DNA of 64,000 nucleotides from Massalongia carnosa (Eukaryota), in the NCBI GenBank assembly GCA_965645245.1, contig OZ287085.1:248001-312000 (forward strand). Direction: 5' to 3'. This document shows, one piece after another, positions 51,572 through 63,351 of the stretch. The translations under genes and the position numbers were made by a program. Each line of letters starts with the position of its first letter. Positions within the stretch are counted from its first letter, which is position 1. The notes under the pieces are model-generated. The model worked only from the letters and a program-made list of their open reading frames with translations, searched no databases and was not told the DNA's origin.

Positions 51572-54500
51572 TTAACTCGTGGATTGTTCAGTTGCTATCC
51601 TCACGTCTCCAAATTGGCCGAGGAGACGTGAGGATAGCATGAATTTGGATGCTGCCTTGGCCAGTCTGGGGGTGCTAAAAATTTCTTGGAGATCGAACAC
51701 CTTCCGGCCTATCCAGATAGTCTCCATGCGCAATCGATGGTGCCTGACGCACTCCAGAAGTACATGGTGAACTGTTTGATAACCGAAACCGCATGGGCAT
51801 TCGCCCGTTTCGGTGCGGCCTATATCTGAGAGATACTTGCGTTGACCAATCTTACCTGTTCTCATCTGCACCAGGGTGGAACTCATTGACTTGTGAAGCC
51901 CCTGGTAGAGCTGCAAGACCTTGTTAGTGGGCTGGGGGAGGAGCTTTTTCGTCATCTGTCCGCGTTTTTCTGCCTCCCAATCCCCAGCCCATTCTTTGCT
52001 GATCATTGTCCTCATGTTGCGTTTTATCGCCGACTTCACTGTGTGTCCGAGGAAGTCGAAGTGGGTGATGGAGGGACTCTGGCCAGGTTCTAACCAGCCT
52101 GATGCTTCTTTTGCTGCTTGGTCTGCTATCTCGTTGCCTTCTACTCCCATATGCCCAGGTATCCAGCAGAGTCTGACTCTGGCCTGCATCTCCCGGCATG
52201 CGTGGAGTTTTCCAATGATCTCGCGTAGTATGAACTGACCTGATTGAGTTCCGGGGTCGGCTACTGATTTGATGGCTGATTGATTATCTGCAAAAACCGT
52301 TATTATCTCCCCTTGCCATCGTGCAATAGCCGCCGCCAGTCCCAGGTCGATGCCCACTAGTTCCGCGAGGTAAACTGTGGCTTCTTTGTTCGTTCCGAGG
52401 CGGGTTCCTACCCGTGTGTTGTCGCTGGGGATGACCGCTGCCGCACCAACTCCGAAGGGGTTATCACTCCCATCCGTGTATATGACTATTTGGTTCGGCT
52501 CTGATGTCATCTTGTCATGCTCTTTGATTGCTTCCTCTTTACTGGAAGCAATGTGCGTTTCAGGGGGAGACCACCATGGTTCCACTATGAATGGAAGAAT
52601 GACCTCTAACCGCCAGGGTTGAGGGCATTTCCCCGAAGTCATTAAGCGGGACTCTAGCTTAGCTAGAGGGCTCCAGTATCGATAGTGGGAGTCCGCTTGG
52701 CTTGTCCAGGCGCGGATCTCACGTATTATGGCGTAAAGGGGGCTTGAACGTATGCGCAGTAGTGACTCGTTCACTGCCTGCTCCATGCGTTGCCGGCCAG
52801 GCAGGAGGTGAAGCTCCATATCCAAGGCCGGGCCCGAGGTTGTTCTAAATGCCCCTGAAATGATCAGTGCCGCCCGTCGCTGAATCGATCTGACGGCTTT
52901 GAGCACGGCGGTTGCTTGCGTGATAGTCCCGTATCCGCCCTCGGGAACATACCATGCAGAGCATCCAAAGGTGAGTTGCGGTAGTATGGTGGCTTGATAG
53001 ATCCTTCGAAGGCTCGCAAGACTGGTGCCCCATGTGGAGCCCGCAAGGCTGCCTAGGGCCCCCAGTCTCTTTGAGATTTTGGCTTCTAGTTTCCTTAAAT
53101 GGGCGTGCCATTTGAGCTTGTCGTCGAATGTGGCGCCCAGGTAGGTGGCGGTACGCTGTGGCTTGATGGTTTTGCCCGCTAGGGAGATAGCTCTCTCTGG
53201 GGGGTTCAAATCCGTCTCTGAGGGTCCTTTGATAAAGTGCAAGAGTTGGAATTTGGCGGGGGCAAATTTGGAGGCGTGTGTGTCCGCCCATTTCTGCTCT
53301 CTCGTCATGAACGAGACTTCGAGATTTCTACAGTTCTGTTCTGCTGAAGTTCCAATAATTAGTTTGGATATGTCATCGACATAGCCCAAGTTCATCTTTT
53401 TGGGCCCTTCCTCTTCCATAAGGTCGGCGTTGTAGAAGAGATAAAGAATAGGAGAAATAGGGGATCCCTGAGGGGCTCCAAAGTTCGTGGTGAATGGTTG
53501 CGAGGTGTAGTCGGGCATGGCGATGGTCGTTTTCCTTTCCTGAAGGAAGCTTTCGATCCATTTAGCTATGTTGCCGCCTATTCTTCTCTTCCGTAGGTTG
53601 TGCAGTAGTCTTTCGTGGGATACGTTATCGTAAGCACCCGAGATGTCCAGCATGAGCACTGTGGCCACTTCGTTGTTAAGCCAGGCTGCGTGGATGGCCT
53701 CTAGGAGCAGATGGAGGGCGTGTTCGGGTGATCTAGCTCGCCTGCCGCCTATATGGAGTCTGGGGAGTAGGCTCTCGGTCTCCACCGCGTGATTGATTCT
53801 GGTTGCAATGATCTTCTCCATAGTCTTACCTAAAGTGTTGAGCAAGGCTATGGGTCTGTATGAATTCGGCAAACTGTAGTCGGCCTTAGCTGGTTTTCTG
53901 AGAACCACCGTGGTGGATTCTCTGAAAGCATTGGGGTGATGACCCAGTTCCCAGCTGGCGTTATACAGAGCTACAAGTGTGGGCATGATGAGCGGTAACA
54001 CATCTCTGAGGATTCTATTAGGCAGTCCGTCGGGGCCTGGGGCCGAGAGTGGTGCTGCCTTTGTGATGGCTTTAGTTATTTCCCGAGCTGAGATGGGAGC
54101 AAATTGGATTGGCTCTGGATAGTGATAATCGGCGATGTCTTCAAGATTGGTGGCGTCCGGGATAGGAAAAAACTGTCTGCGAAGCAGTTCAGCCTTGCCC
54201 GAGGCCTCCGTCACTTTGGAGCCATCGCTTTTCATTAGGGTTGGGGTGAAGGCTTGGAATGGGGTCGACCTGTTCTTAGCCCATTTCGCAAGCTTCCAGA
54301 GACCATCTGGAGTGCTGGTGGCCTCCTCTACCCTGTCCCTATGTGTTGTCTTAAGAGCTTTTTGTACGATTTTGTTTTTGCTGTTTCTCGCCTCTCGGTA
54401 GGCTTCCCAGTCTTCCAGAGAGCGCGTTTCCTTATGCTTGCGCCTGAGACGTCTGCATAGGGTGACTGCCTCTTTGCATTCCGGGGTAAAGCCAGGTTTT

Positions 54501-55426
54501 GAATGATTGCACCCTCTAGAAAGTGGGACTGCTGTCTCCACTGCGTGCTGGATAGCTTCAACTAACTCATGGGCCAAGTTGTCGAGTTCTTGAACTGTGC
54601 TCACGCTTCTAGGTGCCGGGAGCTTGTCTGTCATCGTGTCTAGTAGCTTTTTCCTATCAGTCTTAGACCACATGCGAGAGGACCTTATGGCCCTCTTAAC
54701 TGTGGTGATATCGAATGCTGTGCCAATGGGGTAGTGATCTGAGTCACAATCCAACTCTCTTCTCACATCGCACATGAGTACGGCTGAAGCCACTGCGGGG
54801 GTTGCGAACGTTAAGTCTATCGTGCTCTGTGCTGATCTATGATCGTATGTTATGGTGCCAGGGGGGAGCAGAAGTTCTAGCTCGCTTTGATCGAGAATCT
54901 CCAGTAGTTGGTCTGCCTCCAGATGTTGATGATGGTAGTCTTCGCCAGTCCATAGGGGATGGTGAAGATTGAAGTCCCCTACCACTATGTGTTCTCCCTC
55001 CACCTCTAGCGCCTTGCTTAGGTCTGGCAAGGTGCTGTAGTTTCCCTGAGAGGGGGAGGGATTGTAGATGTTATGGATATTGATGACTCGCTGGGTTTCG
55101 CCAGGAAATTCCAAGTGCAAAGTCATCAGATCGGGAGAGTGGAAGGTTACCTTCCAAGAGGCGCTTGCTATGTCTTTGTTGACGAACATGCATACTCTCG
55201 GAGGGAGCTCTTGTTCTCCTGTTTCGGGGGGATAGAGAAGGTGGAAAACATTTTTGACCGGATTGTGCGTGGTGTGTTGATAGGGGTTCCCCGCCCAGAG
55301 TTCCTGGATGGCCAGGATGCCGTATTTCATGGTTTCCTCCCTGCGAAGGAAGTCCGCCATGACAGTGTTCTTGGATTTGTTGCAGTTGTACTGAAGTATG
55401 GACAGATAGTGGGTGTATTCACTCAT
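51572..55426 (-). CDS. LINE ORF2: AP endonuclease, RT, RNase H, CCHC
   Basis: ILQYN, GDFNLHH, SDH; YRPIALL, PQGSPISP, YVDD; IYTDGS, AEL, WIPGH...GNE.AD; CPCG...HVLLEC. Confidence 0.96.
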   Translation of the reverse strand: MSEYTHYLSILQYNCNKSKNTVMADFLRREETMKYGILAIQELWAGNPYQHTTHNPVKNVFHLLYPPETGEQELPPRVCMFVNKDIASASWKVTFHSPDLMTLHLEFPGETQRVINIHNIYNPSPSQGNYSTLPDLSKALEVEGEHIVVGDFNLHHPLWTGEDYHHQHLEADQLLEILDQSELELLLPPGTITYDHRSAQSTIDLTFATPAVASAVLMCDVRRELDCDSDHYPIGTAFDITTVKRAIRSSRMWSKTDRKKLLDTMTDKLPAPRSVSTVQELDNLAHELVEAIQHAVETAVPLSRGCNHSKPGFTPECKEAVTLCRRLRRKHKETRSLEDWEAYREARNSKNKIVQKALKTTHRDRVEEATSTPDGLWKLAKWAKNRSTPFQAFTPTLMKSDGSKVTEASGKAELLRRQFFPIPDATNLEDIADYHYPEPIQFAPISAREITKAITKAAPLSAPGPDGLPNRILRDVLPLIMPTLVALYNASWELGHHPNAFRESTTVVLRKPAKADYSLPNSYRPIALLNTLGKTMEKIIATRINHAVETESLLPRLHIGGRRARSPEHALHLLLEAIHAAWLNNEVATVLMLDISGAYDNVSHERLLHNLRKRRIGGNIAKWIESFLQERKTTIAMPDYTSQPFTTNFGAPQGSPISPILYLFYNADLMEEEGPKKMNLGYVDDISKLIIGTSAEQNCRNLEVSFMTREQKWADTHASKFAPAKFQLLHFIKGPSETDLNPPERAISLAGKTIKPQRTATYLGATFDDKLKWHAHLRKLEAKISKRLGALGSLAGSTWGTSLASLRRIYQATILPQLTFGCSAWYVPEGGYGTITQATAVLKAVRSIQRRAALIISGAFRTTSGPALDMELHLLPGRQRMEQAVNESLLRIRSSPLYAIIREIRAWTSQADSHYRYWSPLAKLESRLMTSGKCPQPWRLEVILPFIVEPWWSPPETHIASSKEEAIKEHDKMTSEPNQIVIYTDGSDNPFGVGAAAVIPSDNTRVGTRLGTNKEATVYLAELVGIDLGLAAAIARWQGEIITVFADNQSAIKSVADPGTQSGQFILREIIGKLHACREMQARVRLCWIPGHMGVEGNEIADQAAKEASGWLEPGQSPSITHFDFLGHTVKSAIKRNMRTMISKEWAGDWEAEKRGQMTKKLLPQPTNKVLQLYQGLHKSMSSTLVQMRTGKIGQRKYLSDIGRTETGECPCGFGYQTVHHVLLECVRHHRLRMETIWIGRKVFDLQEIFSTPRLAKAASKFMLSSRLLGQFGDVRIATEQSTS

Positions 55427-57120
55427 AGTTCCTCTTCTGTCTGAGTACTGGGCTGCAAGCGACGGGTTGCCGATCTGGTGGTCATTGAAGAACTATCGTC
55501 GTTCTCCTTATCGCTCAAGACCTCCACAGCCTTCGAGGAGGGTTTCTTCTTTCCCTTCTTAGAAGCTGCTTGTGCCATGCTCCTGTTGGTAGAACTGGGG
55601 TTGTCTGCCAGGGGCTCTACCTCCTCATGCGCCCGCTTCTTCCCCTTGCGGAGAGTTGGCACGGTTTGCCAATCTTTCTCTCGTACAGAGCCCGTTCGAG
55701 GGCCCTGTTCCACCTGGGTTGAGGCTGGGGTCACCTCACTGCTTGTCGTGACCGTCGGCGTGGTCGATGCCGGCGGACTGCTCCGTTCTTGTTCCTGACC
55801 ATTTAGGGTCTCCCTTGAGGAGGCCCTGAGAGGCCAGAAGGGGAGAGCTTCTTCTTTGGCCCGCTTCATTCGGGCCTTTTCCTTCTTTCGCTCCGGGCAA
55901 GACTCTGCGCTTGCCCCGTGGCCCTCCTTGCCACACGCATTGCATTTGAGAGTGACCGATTTGCAATCGGTCATGTGGTGACTTTCGGAACATTTGAAGC
56001 ATGTTTGATGCTTCTGTCGGCAAGCATGGCTCGTGTGACCATACTTACCGCACCGGAAACATTGCCTAAGCCTGGCCTCCGGAACATGTCTTTCCACCGC
56101 GAAAGATCTCCCATCCAAATATAGCTGCGAGGCCAAAATGGCATTGCAGTCTAATTCGTTCTCAAAGTATACCACCATGGATCTAGCTGTGGCTCCTGCC
56201 TTACTCGTGCGGGACAACCATTCTACTCCTGTTACCCTATTCCTAACGGGCATATGTGACTTATTTTCCTCCCAGAGGCGTTCCTTGATGTCTGTCATGC
56301 TTAGATTAGCCGGTACAAAGTGCGCGATTAAGCCGAAGCTTGGCTGTATTATAGTAGCTTTGCTCGATAGCCTGATGGCCCATCGGGTGTCTTTTCTTAG
56401 GCGTTCCGTGTCTGAGGCGTTGTTGACTATTACCTGTAGGTCTCCGCTAGGGAGGACCCTTGCTGCTATTGCTACGGCTGCTGCCTTGGCTGTGCCATTG
56501 GAAATAGGGGGGGCGGGACCGTTTTGATTGGTCGGAATTCTCGTGTTGTTATGATCCTTTAACGCGTTAGATATTGCCGCGTTGATTCTGTCTTTGAGCG
56601 CTGAGGAGGCCAGTTTGGCCAGATCCTTTGCTATGGCTTCGTTGTTCAGTTTGACGACGATTTCACGAGCTTTCTCTTCTAGTATAGGAGCGGGGATGGA
56701 CGTCCCCGAAAGCGTAGAGATCGTTGGGGCCGAGGCAGCAAAGGCTGCCCGTTCTGCCCAGGTTATCGTCCTCTTGTAGCCAGTAGTGGCCGCGGAGGAG
56801 GTAGTGGGTGTTGTGCGGGCGGTGTCTTGCTTGCGCTCGACATAGGTGACTTTAGTGAGCGTTTGCTCTGTAGTGTTCTTTATTTGGTTGATGGTAGCTT
56901 GGAGCTGATCCATTGTGGGCTGGTTGCGCATCTTCTCCAGTAGGCTGAGCATACTGGAGAGTAACGGGGTGTAAGACTGAACCTTCATAGGTCTTTGCTT
57001 CTGATATGCCTCGCAGTTAGTTAAGTTATTAAGCACATTGGTGAGGAAGTGACGATGCTCGTCTAGTGAATCGGGGGGGGCGTCGTTGGGCACGACAAAA
57101 GAGCTCCCCATGGTTGCCAC
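55423..57120 (-). CDS. LINE ORF1 (gag-like, three zinc knuckles)
   Basis: QCFRCGKYGHTSHAC, CFKCSESHHMTDC and KCNACGKEGH. Confidence 0.93.
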   Translation of the reverse strand: MATMGSSFVVPNDAPPDSLDEHRHFLTNVLNNLTNCEAYQKQRPMKVQSYTPLLSSMLSLLEKMRNQPTMDQLQATINQIKNTTEQTLTKVTYVERKQDTARTTPTTSSAATTGYKRTITWAERAAFAASAPTISTLSGTSIPAPILEEKAREIVVKLNNEAIAKDLAKLASSALKDRINAAISNALKDHNNTRIPTNQNGPAPPISNGTAKAAAVAIAARVLPSGDLQVIVNNASDTERLRKDTRWAIRLSSKATIIQPSFGLIAHFVPANLSMTDIKERLWEENKSHMPVRNRVTGVEWLSRTSKAGATARSMVVYFENELDCNAILASQLYLDGRSFAVERHVPEARLRQCFRCGKYGHTSHACRQKHQTCFKCSESHHMTDCKSVTLKCNACGKEGHGASAESCPERKKEKARMKRAKEEALPFWPLRASSRETLNGQEQERSSPPASTTPTVTTSSEVTPASTQVEQGPRTGSVREKDWQTVPTLRKGKKRAHEEVEPLADNPSSTNRSMAQAASKKGKKKPSSKAVEVLSDKENDDSSSMTTRSATRRLQPSTQTEEEL

Positions 57121-57781
57121 AATGCAGCCACAACAGAAGGGACGATATAACTTGCGGCCAAGATAGCTACAGAGTCGGGGAGCAATTCTACGTGATCACA
57201 ATGACTATTGAGGGCTTGTATGGGTAACGAATGCAATTTCTAGTGCTAGCTAAAAAGTGCGAAAGTTTTAGGGCAATCGTAGATGGAACACGCAGATTTA
57301 GTTCCCGCAGCTACTAGAAGATTCGATGACGACTATACCACATGGGTACTAGCGCATTAGAGGATATATAGGATGCAGGTTCTGGTTGTCGATTGTCTTT
57401 TCCCTCTTCATCTTTATTGTATTCGTTTCTAGTGTCCCTATGACTTGTCTCTAGGTAGATCATAACAGAAATCGTTCTTGTCATGATCGTTAAGCCATAT
57501 CTGACCGTAATCTTGAGTTTTGGGCTCAGACTTGCTACAGATGTGCTGCGTAGTCAGCCTGTTAACCCGAAGGGGCTTAACGTTCTGTAAGGCTAACCCG
57601 AAGGGGCTTAGCCGGGCACGTCTGAGGTACTGAGGCAACTCATGCGTAGTCAGCTAAAGGGCCGCTAATCCAAAGGGAATTAGCGACGCTAACCCGGAGG
57701 GGCTTAGCCGGCTCGTAGAGCCACGCACGTCTGAGGTACTTTAGCTTTCCGTTGATGTTTAACGGCGCCTCAACAGACATA

Positions 57782-60197
57782 ATGGCCTCCTCTCAAAGTT
57801 CTTCAAATGGAGTTTCTCAATATCATCATTTTGTTCCTCAGTTCATCCTACGCAACTTTGCACACGTCTATCGTTCCACCAGAGGACATGGCCACCGGGC
57901 AGGTAACGGCAAACCTAGGCTCTACAATGGAGATCAAGCACTCAATACCGTCAACCTCAGCACTGATCCGCCTGAGCTAGCGGAGTCGCCACTACGCCGG
58001 AGCTTTGGACTGGTAGACATGTATCGGGATTTTACCAAGTTTGAGAACCAGCAGTACCTCGAAAAGCACCTCGGCAAACTTGAGTCTCAGGCTGCCCAAA
58101 TAATCATTCGGGTATGCAAAGCATTCAATAACGGAAATCATGCCGTATGGTTGTCACGCTTCGAACGGAATAACTTGAGAAAATTTTTCTTCCTGATGAG
58201 GTATCGTGGGAAAGGCTTTCATAGGCGGTTTCTCTGTGATACAACCCAGGGCTATATCGAAGATGACAAAGACAAATTCCTGGAGTACATGCGCAAGCGC
58301 AACTTTCGGAATCCACTTGACGTGTGGTTTCACAGCATCAAAACGATCTTGGACTTGCAGATAGATGTCCAAGGCCAGTGGAAGAAGACTTTGATCAATC
58401 AGATTTACCCCGATGACGCATACTGGTTCATCATGCATTCGGAAATGATGTATCTCGCCTTCTGTACACCAAGTGACCCAAACATGGAGTTCATCGTCAC
58501 TGAGAACTGCTACGCCATTTCCGAAGGACCATTCTCACTATCTATTGACCCGAGAACCAGAGAAAGGAGGACAGTAGCATGGACGTCGTACCATGAATTT
58601 GGACCCTTGTCGCCAAAACTCATCATGGTGCTTCGAAGCTTTCTCTTGCCGAACTCCGAGGAAGACAAGAACGAAAATATAAAGAGGTGGAGGGAGAAAT
58701 TGTTTGCCTTGAACTCAAGTCAGCATGCCGATTCTTCTGCTGCAACGTCAATATTGGCGGATCTTCCGGTGAGGAAGGCACGGAATTCATATTCCGTTGT
58801 TGATGATACAGGAGTGCAACTTCGAGATGGCGAAGACGGCTCTAGACGCTCATACCACAAATTTTGCTTCGAATTCTTCAAGATACCTACGGAGCATGTA
58901 AACATAATTAACTCGATTATGTTGGATAATGCCCACGAGCATGAACTGATTGCTTTCGCCTCGCGAGATTCTCTCAGAGAGGCGCTGGAACACTATATAA
59001 CGAAGCCATCCGACTGTGGATTCAAAATAGCATCCGACGAAGCAAACGATTCTAGGTTACAATATCTACGCAAACTCGAACAGGTGCTTCATAAGCTTGG
59101 CTCTAATGGATGTTTGGTTTACCATCCGTGCTCCATACCAGATCAGGAACACCTGATGGTCATGATAGGCCAAGAATTAATAAAACATTTACCAGAAGAG
59201 CCAACCGAGTATATGAGACTGTATCTGAAGCTAGGTAAGACTCCTGAAGCTAAACCGGCGTACTTCATTGGTAACGAAAAATGCATAGGTGGGAGTCTTG
59301 CAGGAATGGTTTTGGACTTGGACCAGGCTCGTAAAATGCTTAATATGAGGATCAAAATCGATGTCTGGTCTCAAGGTGTCGATGAGGACATCAGGCAACA
59401 GGCAAGGGAGAATTTAACGGATCTATTTTGCCAGCATATTCCACTACAGAGGTTGTGGCTGTATATTAAGCATATTCGAAATATGCTACTAGGTCCAAAA
59501 TACGACACTAACGACATGCAGAATGATCATATAGAGCAGGTCTATCTTGAAGGTCCAGAGGATGTCATCGTCAAGAGTACCTATGAGCCCTATTATAAAG
59601 TATTTCAAATCTGCTAATTGCGTTTCAGCTTGCGACATAGTCAATCCCAAAAAGCTGGGTCCACTGCTGTATCTCTCGGTTATGCAGCACATATTCAATG
59701 TGCAGCACCCAGGTATTGACCTTTCAGCGCCTATTACAATGGACGAAGTCGGAAAAAAACAGGTCCATTTGTTATTTCGGTTTGCCTTCTTTGGACCTCA
59801 TGGAAAGGATCGTAAGATGTTGTGCTCCTTCAGGTATGACCGATGCTGATCCGTTCATCCCTTAGGTAGCATTTGTAACTGTGGTAAGATCGCACGAGTT
59901 ACAAATACTCCCCCCGCGACCTTGAAGTGACCAGATGTGACAGGTATCGAACCGCTCGAGGCGCGTGGCAGACTTATAGCAGGCATGCTTCGCCAAACTG
60001 AGATTTATAGACAGTGGAAGTCTCCCCTCTGGTCTGATGATCAAAACATCGAACTAGTTACAAGAGCTATGCTGCGCGAGGAGATTGAAGAGCTTCTGGG
60101 TGGGCAACTGACGAGAATACAGCTTCATGAGCTACAGGAAGTGCTTTTCACGATCGTCTATCCGACTTACGGCAGAAAGGCTTCAGGTCAAATTTGA
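57782..60197 (+). CDS. DUF4238-domain protein (multi-exon)
   Basis: N-terminal QYHHFVPQFILRNF motif, LESQAAQII, EFIVTEN and PLSPKLIMVL. Probable introns near 59235-59288, 59577-59628 and 59812-59864. Confidence 0.78.
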
Positions 60198-60785
60198 GGC
60201 AGCAAAAGTGGGCCATCGAGTTCATTGTATGTGGACGAGACGACGCCAGTTTCGAGATCTGCTGTAGGATTGTCTGGTCTTCTATTATTGTAATAGAAGC
60301 TCTGCTGGCATAGTAAAAAGCTCACCTTTGAAACGATTGATATTTCTATCTACCTATCTAAGGACCGTGTTTATATAGATAGAAAAACATGCCGAAAACC
60401 GTTCTCCCTATGACTCACCTTCCTGCTTCCTAGAAATCTAAGATTGGTGATTGACTCATATCCAATTTATGACTCGATGGGAACGTTCATAGAAGTTTTG
60501 GGGTGCTTCTCGAGGTCGTTATGTGTTGCCTAATGTTCTTACCAACGCACTAATCCCAATGCGGTACCATGTGACTCTGAACACTTTACTAGGCATCAGC
60601 CGGGTGACTTTGCACATTACAACATCTATCCAATTATTTGTCCCTCTATACGACCAACGCGCCAAAAGTACGACCAACGCGCTAAAAGTGCGACCAAGAC
60701 TAGCTCTACTGTACAATAACAGGTCGCGAAGCCTGCTTAGGCCTGCCTCAACCCGATCCAAGCTGCTCATCTTCCGCATTCTCCG

Positions 60786-62572
60786 CTACCACATCCGCGC
60801 TACTGGCGCTCTCTGTGACTCTGGCGCAATCTCATCCTCCCCAACCTGTGCTTCGCTCATCCGCGCAACTTTGGCCTTCGGCTTTGGCGCACCTGCTTCT
60901 GGCGGACTCTTGCGCTTGCGCTTCCGACCACTTTTTTCCTGTCCTGGCTCTGGAGCGTCTGCCTCCAGCGTGTCTGCCTCCGGCGCATCTGCCTCTGCAG
61001 ACGTCTTGCGCTTCCGACCACGTTTTCCTTTTCCTTTCTCTTTAGCTTGTTCTTTTGCCTCCCTCTCAGCACGCTTCGCGACAAGGTCCTCATAGTTCAT
61101 GACCTTCGCCTTACCAAGTACCAGTGACTTGATTGATCGTCGGACTTTGGCTTCGTTGTTAATTTTGAGTAAGAATTGAACTTGGTCCTTCTGGAGGGCG
61201 CCTTTGGCAAAGGCTGTTTGGGCGGCATTGACGAGCTTCTGTATGTGCCTCTTTAAACCCTGTTTACTTGTCTCATCGAGCGCATGAGCATCCTGTTTGA
61301 TGATCAGATTTTGCAGCGATAAAAAAGCCTCTGCTGACACTGGCGTCACAGGCGTTTGTAGTACTTCATCTTGCGGACGAGGCCCCTCCTTCACCTCATC
61401 GGCTTTCGGAATGGTTAGTTCAGCCGGGGGTCTTGGAATATTTCTAAGCACTCTGTCCGGGTTGTATGGCACCAACCCACATGCAGCAAAACCGGCCTTG
61501 ATGTTCTTAGACGTGAACGCTGTTTCCCTTGCAGGGTAGTATAGAGGGGTGAAATGCTCCTTGCCGATTGCATTTACACCTCCTCGCTCTAATCGATCAA
61601 CTCGTTCGCGATAAGCTGACTTGAGTGGCGCAAATGCTGCGACGTCACAAGGCTGGAGCTTATGAAAGGTATGCGAGGGTAGTCGACATAGGATGATGTT
61701 GTTCTTAAAACAATACTCTAAGATTTCAAGGGTCTCATGGGTCCCGAAGCCATCGCAAATTAGTACCCGTGGTCTCTGGTTAGCTCGTTCCTTAGTTTGG
61801 GGATAAAATACTCGTTTAAGCCACTCCAAGCTGATCTTAGAGTCGGTATAGCCAGATTCGGAGCACGCATACTGCCATCCAGGGGTAGGGAATGTAGTCC
61901 AGTTACTTCGATGAGTACTAGACGGCCAAATAATCATAGGTGTCAAATACCTACCGTCAGCGCTGATACATTCGATCGCCGTTACCATTTCCCGCTTAAC
62001 GCGCGCGCCTCTGTAGTCTCGTATATCATCCTTTCCTCTAAGGACTTTAACAGAGCCTGGCATAGAGAGCATTACTCCAGTTTCGTCATATTATATATAT
62101 TTTCTGCCAGAATGGCTGGATCTTGTAACACCGGTTCAATAATCTCAAACCAGTGCGTGATCTTCTCAAAGGTGTCTTCTCGTGACGCTTCCAGTCTAGT
62201 GCCCTTACTCTTCTCGCTTGGAGTTCTGGATAGCGATTCTCCAGAGCCTTGGCCCAATTTTTGCTGGGAGGTTTAGGTGGTCTCTCCGACGCAGGCCGCT
62301 GGCGGGTGGCACTAAAGGCAATCGAAGGTATATGCTTCATTCGCACGGGGTTGTCCGAGGTGATACATTTGTAATAAAAAGTCAATAACGGCTTTAACTT
62401 CAGATGGGGTTAGATACTGTTGGCTTTGGGCCTTCTCTTCAATGGACCGTCGTCCGTGTGCACGATGATAGAGGGTAGTGTGAGCGACCTTGCCATGATC
62501 TGCTAGGGCACGGTATGATTTAGGAACGCCAGGAGGAACGCCTTGTGCCAGTACCTGACTGGCCTTGTCCAT
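60786..62572 (-). pseudogene. pogo/Fot1-type DDE_1 transposase, frameshifted
   Basis: HTH (HTTLYHRAHGR, YLTPSE), NIYN, RVLICDGFGTH and HKLQPCDV; the N-terminus is split over frames. TIRs not resolved. Confidence 0.85.
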
Positions 62573-63351
62573 GTTAGCTTACTGTGGTGTTGGTGTTGGG
62601 GAGGAACGGGTGACAGCAGAGGGTCAGGCGCGATCTGAGGTGGGAATGACCTGGACCCTGAAGAAAGGCCCATTTTTGGGCCTTTCTATTTTTATCCGCT
62701 CGCAAATCTCGAATTCTTAAGGCATCGCTGGACGGCAATCGAGGACAAGCTCCTGGGCGACTGTACAGTAGGACTTGACAATTTGCAAGATCAGAAATTC
62801 AAGATTCTTTACATTGACTTGTGAAATCAGTGTCGGGTTTTTCCTGCACGCGCGCTTTCTCTGCACGGGCTCGACGGTTTAGTTACTTGCACTTTATCCA
62901 GCCTCGTATGGGCACCTGGGGAGGTCATTATCATGTCCATCAATACAATTCTAGATGGAGAACCAATTTTTTTTATGAGAATTTGACTGCACATTCAAAC
63001 TTCGTGCCTTACAGTACATTCGACATAGCATGGAATGGTCTCAAGTGATCCAGTCTGTTCTGGCTGCAAGCACTCGTGTTGTGGCGTTTCAACCGCGGCT
63101 ACCTCCCTCTAACACCAGGGTCGACCACATCTTCGCGGGATGTCGTTGATCAAGGAAAACACTCAAAAGAAGAACTTATACAGAAAAACACAGTTTATCC
63201 GATTGTTCTAGAATGTGATAAAATAGAGACTTCCCAGTGAGTCAAGTAGACAATTCTTGCGATCAAGCAGAAGCTAAAACTTGATTAGACCTGCGGTTGC
63301 GTTCGCCGCATATCGCTCAATCTACTAAAGATATCTCCACATTCAGCTGCT

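Larger units (their letters stand above)
51209..57268 (-). mobile_element. Full-length Tad1-clade LINE
   Basis: 17-bp TSD TAGGGCAATCGTAGATG (51192-51208 and 57269-57285), (ATCA)n tail, two intact ORFs overlapping by ATGA. Confidence 0.96.
47364..57467 (+). mobile_element. Non-autonomous Gypsy-type LTR element with both LTRs interrupted
   Basis: 5' LTR 47364-47581 + 50102-50127; 3' LTR 51157-51208 + 57286-57467 (TGTCACG...CATAACA); TSD GAAAT; purine tract AAAGCGAAGGGTAG before the 3' LTR. Confidence 0.85.
46845..57641. mobile_element. Mutator-like non-autonomous element with long TIRs (~690-bp core) hosting nested insertions
   Basis: ~150-bp imperfect TIRs GTTGCCTCAGTACCTCAGACGTG... (46845-47005 and 57498-57641); a further TIR copy lies at 57645-57740. 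TSD not resolved. Confidence 0.6.

Noticed and set aside
60645..60713. CGACCAACGCGC repeats ending ...CTACTG-TA as the TIR of the pogo transposase
   Set aside because: No matching inverted copy was found beyond the transposase 5' end and the orientation does not fit; element ends left unresolved.
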